Positions 36,000 to 48,169 of a stretch of 64,000 nucleotides of DNA are shown in pieces. Numbering within the stretch: position 1 is the first letter of the stretch; the number at the start of each line of letters is the position of its first letter. Both the position numbers and the translations under genes were made by a program. Below the pieces are notes generated by a model, which was given only the letters and a program-made list of their open reading frames with translations, did no database searches and was not told the DNA's origin. This stretch comes from Octopus sinensis. Its lineage: Eukaryota. The stretch spans positions 48,422,001 to 48,486,000 of the forward strand of contig NC_043005.1 in assembly GCF_006345805.1 (NCBI RefSeq), read 5' to 3'.

Positions 36000-36410
36000 A
36001 GGTTCAGATGTGGTTGTGTGATAAGAGATTTGTTTCCCAACCATGGTTCAGGGTTTATCCTACTGCGTGGCACCTTGAGTAAATTTCTTCTATAGCCTCG
36101 AGTCGACCAAAGCCTTGTGAGTGGATTTCGGAGACGTAAACTGAAACAATGTATATGCAATGTATGTATGTATCTATATATGCGTGTCTTTGTGTCTGTG
36201 TTTGTCCCCCACGGCCGCTTGACAACCGTGTTGTTGTGTATACGTCCCCGTATTGTAGTGCTTCGGCAAAAAGAAACCTATAGAATAAATACCAGGCTTT
36301 AAAAGAAGTATTGGGGTCAATTTATTCGACTAAAAATTCTTCAAGGCGGTGCCCCTACATGCAAACTAATAACTGAAGCAATTAATGAAACATAAAAGAA
36401 GAAAGATGTC
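36000..36410 (+). mobile_element. SINE-B
   Basis: GTGGTTGTGTGATAAGAGATTTG head, CAAAGCCTTGTGAGTGGATTT, GCTTGACAACCG, TTCAAGGCGGTGCCCC. Confidence 0.82.
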
Positions 36411-36626
36411 TCCGGACGATGGGTTGATAGAAATATAAGATCACTTCACAAAATCGCTTGTGGTATTTTGTTACGAGCCTTGCATTTTAAATTCGGATCC
36501 CAACGCGGTCGATTTCGCATTTTTTTCATTCGTATAGGGTCAGTTCAATCATTTTCATCGAGAGCTAGGGTTCGATATAAACCACTTTCCACCCACCTTT
36601 CCTACAAAAAAAATACTACTCAATAA

Positions 36627-36861
36627 AGGCGGCGAGCTGGCAGAAACGTTAGCACGCCGGGCGAAACGCGTAGCCGTCTTTCTCTGCCGTTATTTCTGAG
36701 TTCAAATTCTGCCGAGGTCGACTTTACCTTTCATCCTTTCGGGGGTCGATAAATTAAGTACCAGTTACGTACTGGGGTCGATGTAATCGACTTAATCCGT
36801 TTGTCTGTCCTTGTTTGTCCCGTCTGTGTTTAGCCCCTTGTGGGTAGTAAAAAAAAAACAA
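36627..36861 (+). mobile_element. SINE-A monomer, young, with 10-bp TSD
   Basis: Complete head, body and A-rich tail. TSD TACTCAATAA at 36617-36626 and 36862-36871. Confidence 0.92.
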
Positions 36862-38008
36862 TACTCAATAAGGTTGGTCACCCGTAAATAGATAACTAAA
36901 TAGGAAATGAATCCATTTCTGCTGAACTTTGTATTCTGAATGTTTAATATAATCGCTCATATTCAGTGTCTGCAAAAAGCAATAAAAATAAATACAAAAA
37001 TGAGAAGATTTCTGTTTGTTTGGTTTTTTTTTGCGTGTGCGTGCTTCGTGAGAAAAAAATAATAGTTCTTGCCAAAACGTTAGATATTTCTTATCCTTAC
37101 ATCATACTAACGAACTCGACTATTTGCTTTTTACTGCATAGTACTAAGAAACCTTGTTAGCATCTTAGATAACTCACTTCCAAATTTCAGTATAAAAGCA
37201 AAACTGATTATTTGTCTGCACTAGAGTGAGTGCATCGCCCTATATTTATGAGAAATATGTATTTGATACTATTCTCATATTTTCTCACTTGTTTTCCTTC
37301 TTTTTTAACTCAAAGGAAACAAGAGAAATGTAAAGACACAAAAATCACAGGAAAAGTAATCATTCTTAAAATAAATATTGTTATTTTTCTAATTGAAACC
37401 CGATAGTCTATGTCGGAATATAGCATTTTAAGGTCACGTGTACAAGATTTATTACAGCTACCATGTATATTTATTTATTCTTTCATATTTTGTTTAAGCA
37501 TGAAATCAGCGGAAAAACAACAAAAAAAAAGCAAATGCCAAGATAATTATTTTTTTCTTCGCTCTGCGGGTAATTTTCAGACCATTATCTGAATTCCACG
37601 GTAAAAATATCTGTTTTACTTAATGTACTGTTCAATATAAAAACGCATAAACTATATATAAAATTTCTTGTTCTCAGGTATAAATAGTGTCGGAGATAAC
37701 CGCTAACAGAGCAGTGGAATAAATATATCAATCTATTCTGTTTCGACTTATTTTTGAATTCTAAATCCTGAAGCGATTGTTTACACCTAACGTTAGTTTC
37801 CTAACTTTAAATTAAGCTGAAGTGCCAATCGAATTGATTTAAAGCCTAGTAACCGGAAATTACTAGTACCTCGTGTGCTTGTACTGTATGAAACTTTATT
37901 GTAGTGCTTTAAATATTATTAACTCGTAAACCATACTTCTTTTACCAACTAGAGGTCAAATGCTCATTTTCGGGCTGATACATTATTAAACTTACAATAT
38001 ATATATAT

Positions 38009-38061
<53 letters not shown>

Positions 38062-38694
38062 ATATGTATATATATGCACAGACATAATACACATATATAA
38101 ATAATAAAGTACATATATATATACACACACAGAGACATATGGAATGATATTTAATACGAATGATAATAGAATAATACAATGTAATAAATTATTCTCCATT
38201 GGTTTGAAAAAAATTAGAGAGTTGAATTATATTATTTTTGCTTCATGTTGTCACCGAACCAAAAGTAATGAATATCGAATAACGAAAAACGTCCCAAGAT
38301 GCTAGTTTTGATTTACCTATACCTATAGGGTTTAATCCTATTCAGTGAACCTGTAAAATCCAGATAAATAATCTTTATGTCTCGAGCACTTTTTCTTTGC
38401 TTGAATGGTATTAAGTTTAATTGCAAACACGCCTTGTAAAAACATAAGTCGCAGCAATTCATCCGTATCAAGAGAGAAAAGAAAAAACAAACAAGCGTTT
38501 GAAAATGGGTTGTTTTAACGATTTCTCTTGCATGCAATATCAACAAAGTATCAGCATGAAGTATTAGATCATCAGTGATATCTACATTGAATTTACAGAC
38601 CTTTACGTACACAACAACACGAAGATTTCCAATTTCTGCCTTCAGGCTCCAATTATTTATGATTTAAGTATGCTGATTGCATTTTTTTTCTTAC

Positions 38695-38787
38695 TTTCAA
38701 AAACAGAAATTTTAACTTTTTCTGTCGCGTTTGAATTGTTGACATTTAACACTGTTCTTGTTTCTCTTGTTTTCTTATTAATTTTGA
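38695..38787 (-). CDS. Candidate coding exon (93 bp, phase 1-1), unknown protein
   Basis: Acceptor tatatttttatAG and donor GTAAGA. Open frame KINKKTRETRTVLNVNNSNATEKVKISVFE. No homology recognised. Confidence 0.25.
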
Positions 38788-39254
38788 CTATAAAAATATA
38801 TTTCATCTTGCGCTACAATAATTTTGATTTTAAAACGCCCATAATGGGTGTATGCGTCTGACAACCGAGATATCACGATCTCAACCTACTTGGATTTCAT
38901 CAGTCCAAACCAGTCAGCTATACAATGTGTTTCTATCAATATGTAGATGTCACCATAAGTACGCGCTACAAATTAGGTAATGCACCATAAATCTCGGTTT
39001 GTTTGTTTTTGTTTAGCTCTCGTGCTGCTTTAGCAAAACAAACTTATTAACGATATTCCAGCCGATACCCTCCCATTTTGTGTTCAAGCATAATGCTGTC
39101 TGTGATTTCGGTATGCAATGTGTCTTTTAAGCCAATGTATAAAGTTGTGATTTAAGGAATATTTGGCTAACATTTTTAGCCGTTAGAATCACCACACAAA
39201 GACCGATGAAAGCCTTGTGAGTGGATTTGATAGACACAAACTAAAAGAAACCAA

Positions 39255-39307
<53 letters not shown>

Positions 39308-39351
39308 TCTTTCCAAGTGCATATTACTAATTTGGTAATAAAATGGCGGCG

Positions 39352-40030
39352 GCTAGCTGGATGGATTCTCCGAACTTTCAGAACAAGAGAGTAGGAGACA
39401 CTGATGGTCCTTTGGAAGACATACGTCCTCAGCCACTTGGACTACTGCTCCCAACTATGGTCACCACACAATATAAAGTTAACAGCAGAACTCGAAGCAA
39501 TCTAACGAAGCTACACTAAGAAGATCGTCTCAATGCAACATATCAGCTACTGGGAAAGACTGAAAGTATTAAAACTATTCTCCCTGGAGCGAAGGTGTGA
39601 GAGATATGCAGTGATGTACATCTGGAAAATCCTGGAGAGTCTTGTCCCGAATTTTGGCATTTAAAGTTACCCTAACAGCAGAACGGGGTGCCAAATATCT
39701 CAACATCGCCATCAAAATACAGGACCAGATACTGCAACAGCTTGGGTTTCAGGGGACCACAGCTCTTCAATATCCTTCCTAAATGCCTGAGAGACCTGCA
39801 TGGTGTGGATGTGGGTTTCTTTAAAACTAAATTGGATCTCTTCTTGTCAGGGATTCCAGATGAACCTACCTCTCGGCAGGAAACACAGATGCGGGCAGCG
39901 GCGTCGACTTCCCTTGTTGATCAAGTGCCATGTATCAGAGGTGGTTTCACATACTAGTGTAGCTCATTCAACGGTGGTGACCCAGAATGGCCGCAGCCTT
40001 CGGGCTGAAACATTTTTAAGGATTTAAAGA
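39352..40030 (+). mobile_element. CR1-clade LINE 3' end (ORF2 C-terminus plus 3' UTR), 5'-truncated and pseudogenised
   Basis: RLAGWILRTFRTRE*ETLMVLWKTYVLSHLDYCSQLWSP..SYWERLKVLKLFSLERRCERYAVMYIWKILESLVPN..GPQLFNILPKCLR..FKTKLDLFLSGIPDEP. Confidence 0.9.
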
Positions 40031-40109
40031 ATTATATATATGTATAACAATATCGACTAGACCATTAGATGTTGTGTACACTACTGGTCACAATGCTCTT
40101 CCAATTTTG

Positions 40110-40670
40110 TCTCGATTGCGCAATTCTTTTCTTCATCCATATATATATATATATTCTCTTATTCTTTTATTTTTCCAGTCATTTAACTGCGTCCATGCTG
40201 GAGCACTACCTAGGAGGATCTTAGTCGAACATAATTTATCGGTCTCTTTTGCCGAACCGATTCTCAAGCTGTGATGTGGAGGAGGTGCACAAATACAGAT
40301 ACATAGATATATACATATGTAAATACAGCGGACTTCTTTCAGCTTCCGTCAATCAAATCCACTCACAAGGCGTTGGTCAGCCCAGGCTATAGTTGAAGAG
40401 ACTTGCTTAGGGTGCCACATTTAACCCGAAACTGTGTGGTTTGGGAAGTAAGCTTCTTACCACACAACCACATATCTTTTAGGAATATCTGTTTTAGTCC
40501 GCCACCACCGCTTGACAACCGAGGTTCAGTCGATAGAATAATAGAATAAGTACCAGGCTTTTAAAAAAATAAGTATTGTGGACGGGTTGTTTTATTCGAC
40601 TAAGCCCTTCAATGCGGTTCCCCAGCATGGCCGCATTCCAATAACTGGAACAAGTAAAGGATAAGAGATA
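40110..40670. mobile_element. SINE-B minus copy (about 40110-40470) next to a plus-strand SINE-B 3' half (about 40490-40670)
   Basis: CAGTCATTTAACTGCGTCCATGCTGG and AATCCACTCACAAGGC on the minus copy; CCCAGCATGGCCGCATTCC on the plus copy. Confidence 0.75.
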
Positions 40671-40914
40671 AAAGAAATCCGATGCGGGTGGGGAGTGAAA
40701 GTGTGTTTTCGTGTACGTCTAAGTCTTTGATTGAGTACAAAAGAGGGGGAAAGAGTGGGGAGTAAGAGAGCAATGTGGATTTCCAGGTTGTCAGTTTGGG
40801 TTCTGTTGTCTTCTTCTTCTTCTTCTTCTTCTTCTTCTTCTTCTTCTTTTAATCAGGACTCATGCCATTAGCCACAAAGAATAATCTCTAATTCGAGCCT
40901 ACTCTAAGCTACTA

Positions 40915-41307
40915 AGAATGTGTGTGGCAACTTGAAAATCCACCCACCACAGGCGATAGAACTGGCGGTTGCACGGGTGCGAAAGCTACGTTGTATTCCT
41001 CATTCCGTAAACGGTGGCTTTTAACGGGTGGAGAGCTGAACCATCCAGGGGTACAGAAGATTCGCAATCTAGACTAGGGTCTGAAAGTTTACCACACCAT
41101 AGTGGGTTACACCATGGTTCCTCTGCTTTGTGGCAGAAGTAGGAAGAAAGAGTGAGAGAAAGCTGTGGTGAAAGAGTACACGGGGTTCACCACACCCCTC
41201 ACCCACCGTGATTTTGCTCAATAAACACTCACAATGCCCGGTCTGGGAATCGAAACCGCGTTCTTACGACCGCGAGTCCGCTGTCCTAACCAATGGGCCA
41301 TTGCGCC
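40915..41307 (-). mobile_element. SINE-D (tRNA-Arg-like head), tail variant 2
   Basis: Reverse complement GGCGCAATGGCCCATTGGTTAGGACAGCGGACTCGCGGTCG..TTTCGATTCCCAGACCGGGC..CTCTTTCACCACAGCTTTCTCTCACTCT, then a tail unlike that of the 60734 copy. Confidence 0.82.
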
Positions 41308-41569
41308 TTCACCTTGTTGTTGCTGTCGCTGCTGTGTTTGCTGTTGTTGTTGCTGTTATTGCTGCTGCTAATGTTGTTGTTAAGCAACAAGACGGGTAAG
41401 GGCGATTAGGTGATGGTCTAGGGCTTAGGGGCGCGAGACCCCAGACCTTGAAAAAAAAAACTTTGGTCGTCTTGATGTAGTCGAGGGCTCTTCGTTGACG
41501 CCCGACACCACTGGGAGGTGGCCCTCGAAGTGACTGGAAATGGAGATCTCCAGGTCCAAATTCTTGAAC

Positions 41570-41690
41570 AGCTGTTGCTGCTGCTGCTCTTGTTACTGTT
41601 GCTGTTATTGTTTTTGTTGTTGCTGGTGTTGTTGCTATTGCTGTTATAGCTGCTATTGCTGTTGTTGTTGTTGTTGGTGGTGGTGTTTTC
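41570..41690. repeat. Mosaic (GCT/GTT)n repeat
   Basis: Direct reading. Confidence 0.9.
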
Positions 41691-42754
41691 CTGGTTGTTC
41701 TTGTATTCCTCTGTTTTTATTCCCGTCACTGCAACCCATAGTTATGCTGGTGATGTTCAAGTTGAGATAAGAGGAATCGCTACAATTAAGTATCTCAGTC
41801 GAGAAACCATTTTCTTTCCTACAAACTTCATACATCTTTTATAGGCTTGTGAACGATGAAATCTAGGGTAGAAGCTGCACCTAAAAAAAAAACAACAAAA
41901 AAAGGTGTGATCGCAAGTACATCGGCACGGTACTTATCATACGTTTCTTCGATCAGGGCTGACTTGAGGCTAAATAACAACAATGAAAAGAACGAAGAAT
42001 AAAAGTTTGGACAATTAAAACGACTGCAGAGTATTACTAATACTTATTTTATCCATGTCGAAGGGCTTAAATGAATTTGGATACCGTTGAGATTTCATCT
42101 TAGAATGAAGAATGCCGAAGATATATATATTGAATGCATTTAATTCCACGCTTTGACGCTTTCTCCCAAAACGCCAACTTCCCGTATTTTCCAAAACATT
42201 ATCCACTGTTTTGATAGGAAAATATCAACATGACACTTATATAATATAACAACGTAACTGCTCCAAAACATTTCAGAGACTATAAAGTCTATTGTAGAAA
42301 ATAGTTGACAGCGGGAATATGAATATTGATTAACCAAAAAAAGGAAAATAAGAAGAATCAGAAAAATGGCATCTTATAGAAAAGATCTTTATATACAACA
42401 AAATTAATAATTCCGAGAATATGATGTTTCCGAGAATATTCCTTAAAATGATATCATATACAATATAATGCCGAATTCAATGGAAACAGACAAAAATGAT
42501 CGATGGTTACTAGAAACTGCAAGAGTGACGATCTGATAGGAAGTCGTCAAGAACCGTAAATTCCACAATATGTTTTACTGAAAAGTGTCTTGAGAATTCC
42601 CAATGACAGCTCAATTCTTATACCACGTTATATAACACAGAACACTATTGCCAAGACAGAAATTATTATTATTATTATTGCTGTTATTGTTGTTGCTGTT
42701 GTTGTTGTTGTTGTTGTTATTCAGCGAAAGAATGGTAATGATGTGAACAAAATA

Positions 42755-42930
42755 CTTAGCACCATTTCTTCTAATCTTTACATCCTAAGTTCAAATTCCA
42801 GCGAGGTTGACTTTGCTTTTCATCTTTTTTGAGGTAAATGAAATAAGTAGAACTTAAACAATGAGGTCAATATAGTCGACTAGCCTTTCCATCCAAATTT
42901 CAGGTCTTGTGCTTATCGTAGAAAAGATTA
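42755..42930 (+). mobile_element. SINE-A, diverged
   Basis: AAGTTCAAATTCCAGCGAGGTTGACTTTGCTTTTCATC...CAGGTCTTGTGCTTATCGTAGAAAAGATTA. Confidence 0.75.
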
Positions 42931-43101
42931 TTGTTGTTGTTGTTGGTATTGTTTTGTTGTTGCAATGTTGTGAAAGAATGTAGGCGTAGGAGTGGCTGTG
43001 TGGTATGTAGCTTGCTTACCTACCAAAAAGAGGGTAAGGTAAGGAGTCAAAGAGGAAATGTGCTGTGCATTAAGTGTATAGAATTATGAATAAAATGTAT
43101 A

Positions 43102-43387
43102 GTGGTTAGAACAGCGGACTCGCAGTCGAGGGATCGCGGGTTCGAAACTCAGACCGGGCAATGTGTGTGTTTATGAGCGAAACACTTAAGCTCCATGCGG
43201 CTCCGGCAGAAGGTAATGGGGAACTTCTGCTGACTCTTTCGCCACAACTTTCTCTCACTCTTTCCTCCTGCATCTTGCAGTTAACCTGCGACGGACCAGC
43301 GACCCGTCCAAGTGGGAAACCTATACACCAAGGAAACCAGAAAACCGGCCCTATGAACCAGGCGTGGCTCGAGAAGGAACAAACATA
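43102..43387 (+). mobile_element. SINE-D (tRNA-Arg-like head), tail variant 3, with 11-bp TSD
   Basis: GTGGTTAGAACAGCGGACTCGCAGTCG..GGTTCGAAACTC head. TSD TAAAATGTATA at 43091-43101 and 43388-43398. Confidence 0.85.
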
Positions 43388-44066
43388 TAAAATGTATATA
43401 TAAAGTGCATTAAGTAATCATCGTATTCCAATTTCCTTCTCTTTTCAATGATTAGCTGATAAGTGACTATCTTTTCATAGAGACACAACACAGGCTACGC
43501 TTTCAGGTATTTTGGATAAAGTTTTTTAGAAATAACTCAATAAGTTTACCATTAGTTCCTTGAAATGTTCACGGGTCGCGCTAGTCTTTGTTAAGGCGCG
43601 AGCCGGCAGGATTGTTAGTATGTTGGTGAAAATGCTTAGCGGTATTTTACCTATCTTTACTCTCTGGGTTCAAATTCTGACCAGGTCGACCTTGCCTTTT
43701 ACTCCTTCAAAGTCGATGAAATAAGTAAAATTATTTTTAAAAACATAAAGCAAAAACGAGAACAGCTGCAATAATTACAACAACAACAATAAAATCATCA
43801 ACAACAGGCTCCACGCAATGGGACTGGATCCACAATCATGTGGTTGGTAAGCCAGCTTCTTACTACACAGCTACACCTGTGCCCTTTCCCACCATTTTAC
43901 ACTTCATTCCTTCTTCATTCAAGTATAACCAAAGTATAATCAAAGACATGGTCACATGAAAAACATACCTTTTCCTTCTCAGCCACATTGGATCTTTCCG
44001 ACAGAGATATATCATCTTATGACGAGGATAACTAAATAACAACCACTCTGAACAAACGACTCAGAT

Positions 44067-44516
44067 ATGATAGCCTCACCAATACTACAGCCACATCGAA
44101 CAAAGACAGATCCGCGCCAACAACTCTACATTCACTACTACCAACAGCCACCCAAAATAAAAAACAAACACACAGGAGCAGCACCTGCAGACAGATACAG
44201 AAACGCAACATCAACAAAACAAATTGACTCAAAACTTTGTGCTGCTAAGGGGCACTAAATAAAATTGATGTCTTTCATCACCCAAATGAAACATATTGAA
44301 ACAGATGTAGACCTCTTCAAGTCCAGCACTTTCAAAGTAACAAAAAAATTTGAAATTATTAACACTAGTCATGAGATACGCAAAATATTGAAGTATTGTG
44401 TGCCCAATGATGTGGGAATCCCCTTGCACAAAAGCCAGTGGAAGGCTCCTAAAGGACTCTCAAAGGAACCTCAGAATCCGCAATGGGTAATATACTCGAG
44501 GATATATAATGTCTGA
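44067..44516 (+). pseudogene. Unidentified decayed reading frame (about 150 codons, one internal stop), probably TE-derived
   Basis: ORFs 44067-44258 and 44265-44516 are in the same frame and separated by a single TAA. The composition is non-repetitive and protein-like, but no family was recognised. Confidence 0.3.
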
Positions 44517-46063
44517 AGAAAAATGGACGTGATGGTCATAATCAAAATAGGTTAAAATCCTGAGTCTTCTTTCTCAGGGCTGACATGGAGAACAACATTG
44601 AGATAAAGCATCTATCCAGCGAGGAGAGTCTGCAACCAGGTGTCTATTGTCAGGTGACTCCGTTTTATTTTTCATAAGTACAAACAAGGTAGTTCAGTGA
44701 TAGATTGCGGTTTCAAAGAGATTTGACTGCTATTCCTAACATGCCGAACGACCATGTAGTTCCGTCATTGATACGTATATAAGTGCATGTATGTGGGAGT
44801 GAGTGTATGCATGCGTATATGGACATGCGTATGTGCATAAGTCCTGTTCCGTGAGTATGTATGTGTGTGTATGTGTTTGTGTGTGTGCTTGTGTGTGTGT
44901 GTTTGTGTGCGTGTGTGTATGTGTGTGTGTGTGTGCTTTTTTCTTCCGATAGCCATGACATATCGACATGATTTTTCCAACGTCGTTAGTTCTTCTCAAA
45001 ACAGTTCAATATTAGCGTTTTATATTGCACAAGGAGCAAGCACAAACGCACGCATGCACGTACAAGTGCTGAACTGTGCATTCTATCATATTCACACACC
45101 GACAAATGTACATATGTACTTGCACGTGTACACACTAACGTACACGCTCACACACGTACTGCGATAATGATAAAGTAAAGATGCTTGTGGGGCGAGTGTG
45201 TGGCGAAAAATTTACTTAAGTGTTCTTTTTGTCTTCTATTTATATACCTATATGGGTTTATGATGTCTTTATCGTAAATCTATCTTTTAGTTAAGTAGAG
45301 AATCATGACAAAATACTAGTCAAAATAGTGCAAATATTGTTACACATCAACAATAGCCAGAACAGCAGATACTTCCAGCTACATGTAGTTTGCAAAGAAA
45401 ACAAAAGAAGCCCCACACAAGATAAACCTATTATCTGTCTGACCCTGTATATGTCTTTTTAAATTCAGTGTGGATTATTTTTCTCCCTGCCCACCCTACC
45501 CTCTCTCTCTCTCTCCCTCCCTCTCTTTCTATCACTCTTGCAAAAGACTTACACATAAAAGGAGTAGTTGTTTTATAAACAATATTGTCACTGTCTAGAC
45601 ATTTTCTCTTTGTTTTCCAATATTGTCTTGCTGGTTCATGCAGGTGGTCGGGTACTCGAGGAATTGTACGAACATGGGAATTTCTCAAAAGATCATTTCA
45701 GATGAGCCCAGGTGTGCTCTTTTAAAAGAACAATTAAGCGAAAACAGACAAACTGCTTTGTACATGATTAAAAGCATATTCCCTTTTGATTAAATATTGT
45801 AAAAGTCGATTGAGCTGTACGCATACTTTTAACTGCTATACAGATAACGATAACAGAGCTTATGTGTACGTAATATATTATGGTGTACAATATATTACAC
45901 ATGAATAAATTGCTGCAAGTATTCCCAAAATATGCTTCGTTTTTCCTCCATTTCTTTTCACAACTCATAGTCTTAAGAAGACTTCATTCTAAAGCAAATA
46001 TGGATTGTGGTTCCAAATCATGTATGAAAGGCAATAGTTCTTATAGCTTTGGAGTGGTCGGCG

Positions 46064-46147
46064 TTCTTCTCAAGAATTATTTCACAATGCTTTCTTCTCA
46101 AGAATTATTTCGCATTCCTTTCTTCTCAAGAATTATTTCGCAATCTT
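46064..46147. repeat. 28-bp minisatellite, three copies
   Basis: TTCTTCTCAAGAATTATTTC starts at 46064, 46092 and 46120. Confidence 0.93.
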
Positions 46148-46669
46148 TTCTCATATAGGCACAAGGCTTGGAAAAAGTCTAAGGGGAAGTAATTAGTTAT
46201 CGCTATTATTGTGGACAGGGGTGATAATTCTTCATCTTTCGGTAGCGGGGTGGATATATATATAAATAACTAAATCCACGCCCTGCTTCCGACGCTTCGA
46301 TTTATTGTCGTTAAGGTTTTGTCTCTCTCCTACCCATCGACCTGTCTGACCTGGTAAGACCTGCCTGAAGATTCATCTCCCTCCAGCATAGCTCTCTAGG
46401 TCACTGCAGCCCACAAGCACTTCACCATGACAAGGTAGTTGTTGAATTGGCTGTTGACTACACAGTAGTTCTTCCGCCCTTTGACGGGTCTTATTTTTCG
46501 TCCCGCAGGATGTCCAACAATCACCCTCGTCACCAAGCAAGCTTGATTGAATTACCAGTTTAGTCGCCGACGACCCGACCATGTGACAGGTTGTACTGAG
46601 TTACATGTTACCAGTAGCTACATAACTAAATAACATAGTCCAACAGGTATTATGCCTTCAAGATATTTT

Positions 46670-47460
46670 TACTGATTTGGAGGGTTTTTTTGATATGCTG
46701 AATCTAAAAATCGAATCCATTTTTTTACCTTCATGTCTGGATATCAATTACCTAAATCCCCAATCATCAGTGGGTGCTATGCGTGGATTTTATGATCAAT
46801 TTTTTCCTGGGAAACAGAGTGGATACACCAAATATCCATGCATTTTATGTATGTGGGACAACAGAGCCATTGAAAATCATTAGGTTATCAAAGAATGGCG
46901 GCAGCAGACATATTAGTTCCAGGGTATTTTAATGTGGTTGAAGAGCTTTTGGTTCAACCGAGAAAAAGCATCCTGCTTACACTCCATACCAAACTTAGCG
47001 TTGGGAAGCAGTTTGCTAAAACCCTGAATAAAAATGGACCGTGCTTCCACTATATCTGCAGCATATTTCACGGTTTGAGCAGTGAAAAAAATAAAAGATA
47101 GAGTATTTTATGGGCCTAAGATAAGAAAACTGGTGAAAGATAGGAACTTTGTAAATTCAAGGAATTGCATTGAAGCAATGGCATGGAATTCATTTGTAAT
47201 GACTTTCTCGGCAACAAGAAGGCAGCCAACTATACCGGAATAGTCGACAACATACTGGAGGACTTTCATAAATTAGGACTTTCATAAATGACCATAAAGT
47301 TGCTTATGATCTTTCTAATGTTCAGCACTAAAAGAAAAATTATCCAAATGCAGATTTATAGGAAGTTGGGCATAAACAATAATATAATTTATCATTAAAA
47401 TTTCTTAGATGTTTAGGATTTTGAATAATTTTTCAGTAGAATTTTTATGTTGGCCTGTGT
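46670..47460 (+). mobile_element. Chapaev3-like (CMC superfamily) transposase remnant with probable right end
   Basis: GKQSGYTKYPCILCMWDNRA..LVPG..NV..LVQ..ILLTLHTKL..KQFAKTLNKNGPCF..FYGPKIRKL..AWNSF. Probable terminus ...TGTTGGCCTGTG at 47460. The family assignment rests on remembered motifs. Confidence 0.7.
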
Positions 47461-48169
47461 AATTTATAAATAGTATCTCTTATTTTGTTATAACTTCAGA
47501 GTTAATTTTTGCTAGGGAAAAAACTAACAAACAGAATCGATGACACTATTTCACGGGTACTACTCAGAAGAAATAAACTACTAAGTACCCTAGTAGAATT
47601 TGAACGCAGTAGACAGACAACAATATGCATATAGTCTCCAGTGCTGTGTTCATAACCAGCTCTTATAAGTTTCCCTATTTTAATTTCTCTTGACTGGCCA
47701 AAAGGCCAAATAAGGTTAAATAAAGTGTTTAGTCAATTGACTCCACCTTAATCTATTCAGAGTAAATATCAAGCGAACGAAGGAACCCCTTCATGCTCGT
47801 TAGACTAGAGACAGAAGAAAATGTTCTGTAAATCACATTAGAACATCATAGAATATAAGGATACATTGAATAATACGATTCTATGTGCACTCATTGGCGA
47901 AAAGATGGAATGGTCACTGTCAGAACTTCTCTAACAATAGCTTTGATCAACAAGTACTGACATTAAGCTAGATAATAACAACAGCAGCAACGACTAGTAT
48001 GTTTTTACGGTGCATTAGAGTACCAGTTGCTGAATTTTATCTCAATTAGGTATCTGTATTCTTCGCATTTCTGGATATCCTAACTGCCCCTGCAGTTCTA
48101 TATCGATATCTGTCAATGAAATCGGTTTATCGATACGAAGTTATTAGTAATATGACTCAATTACTTTAT

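Noticed and set aside
46064-46147. CRISPR-like short direct repeats
   Set aside because: The units are contiguous with only a few variable bases, there are no unique spacers or cas genes, and the context is eukaryotic.
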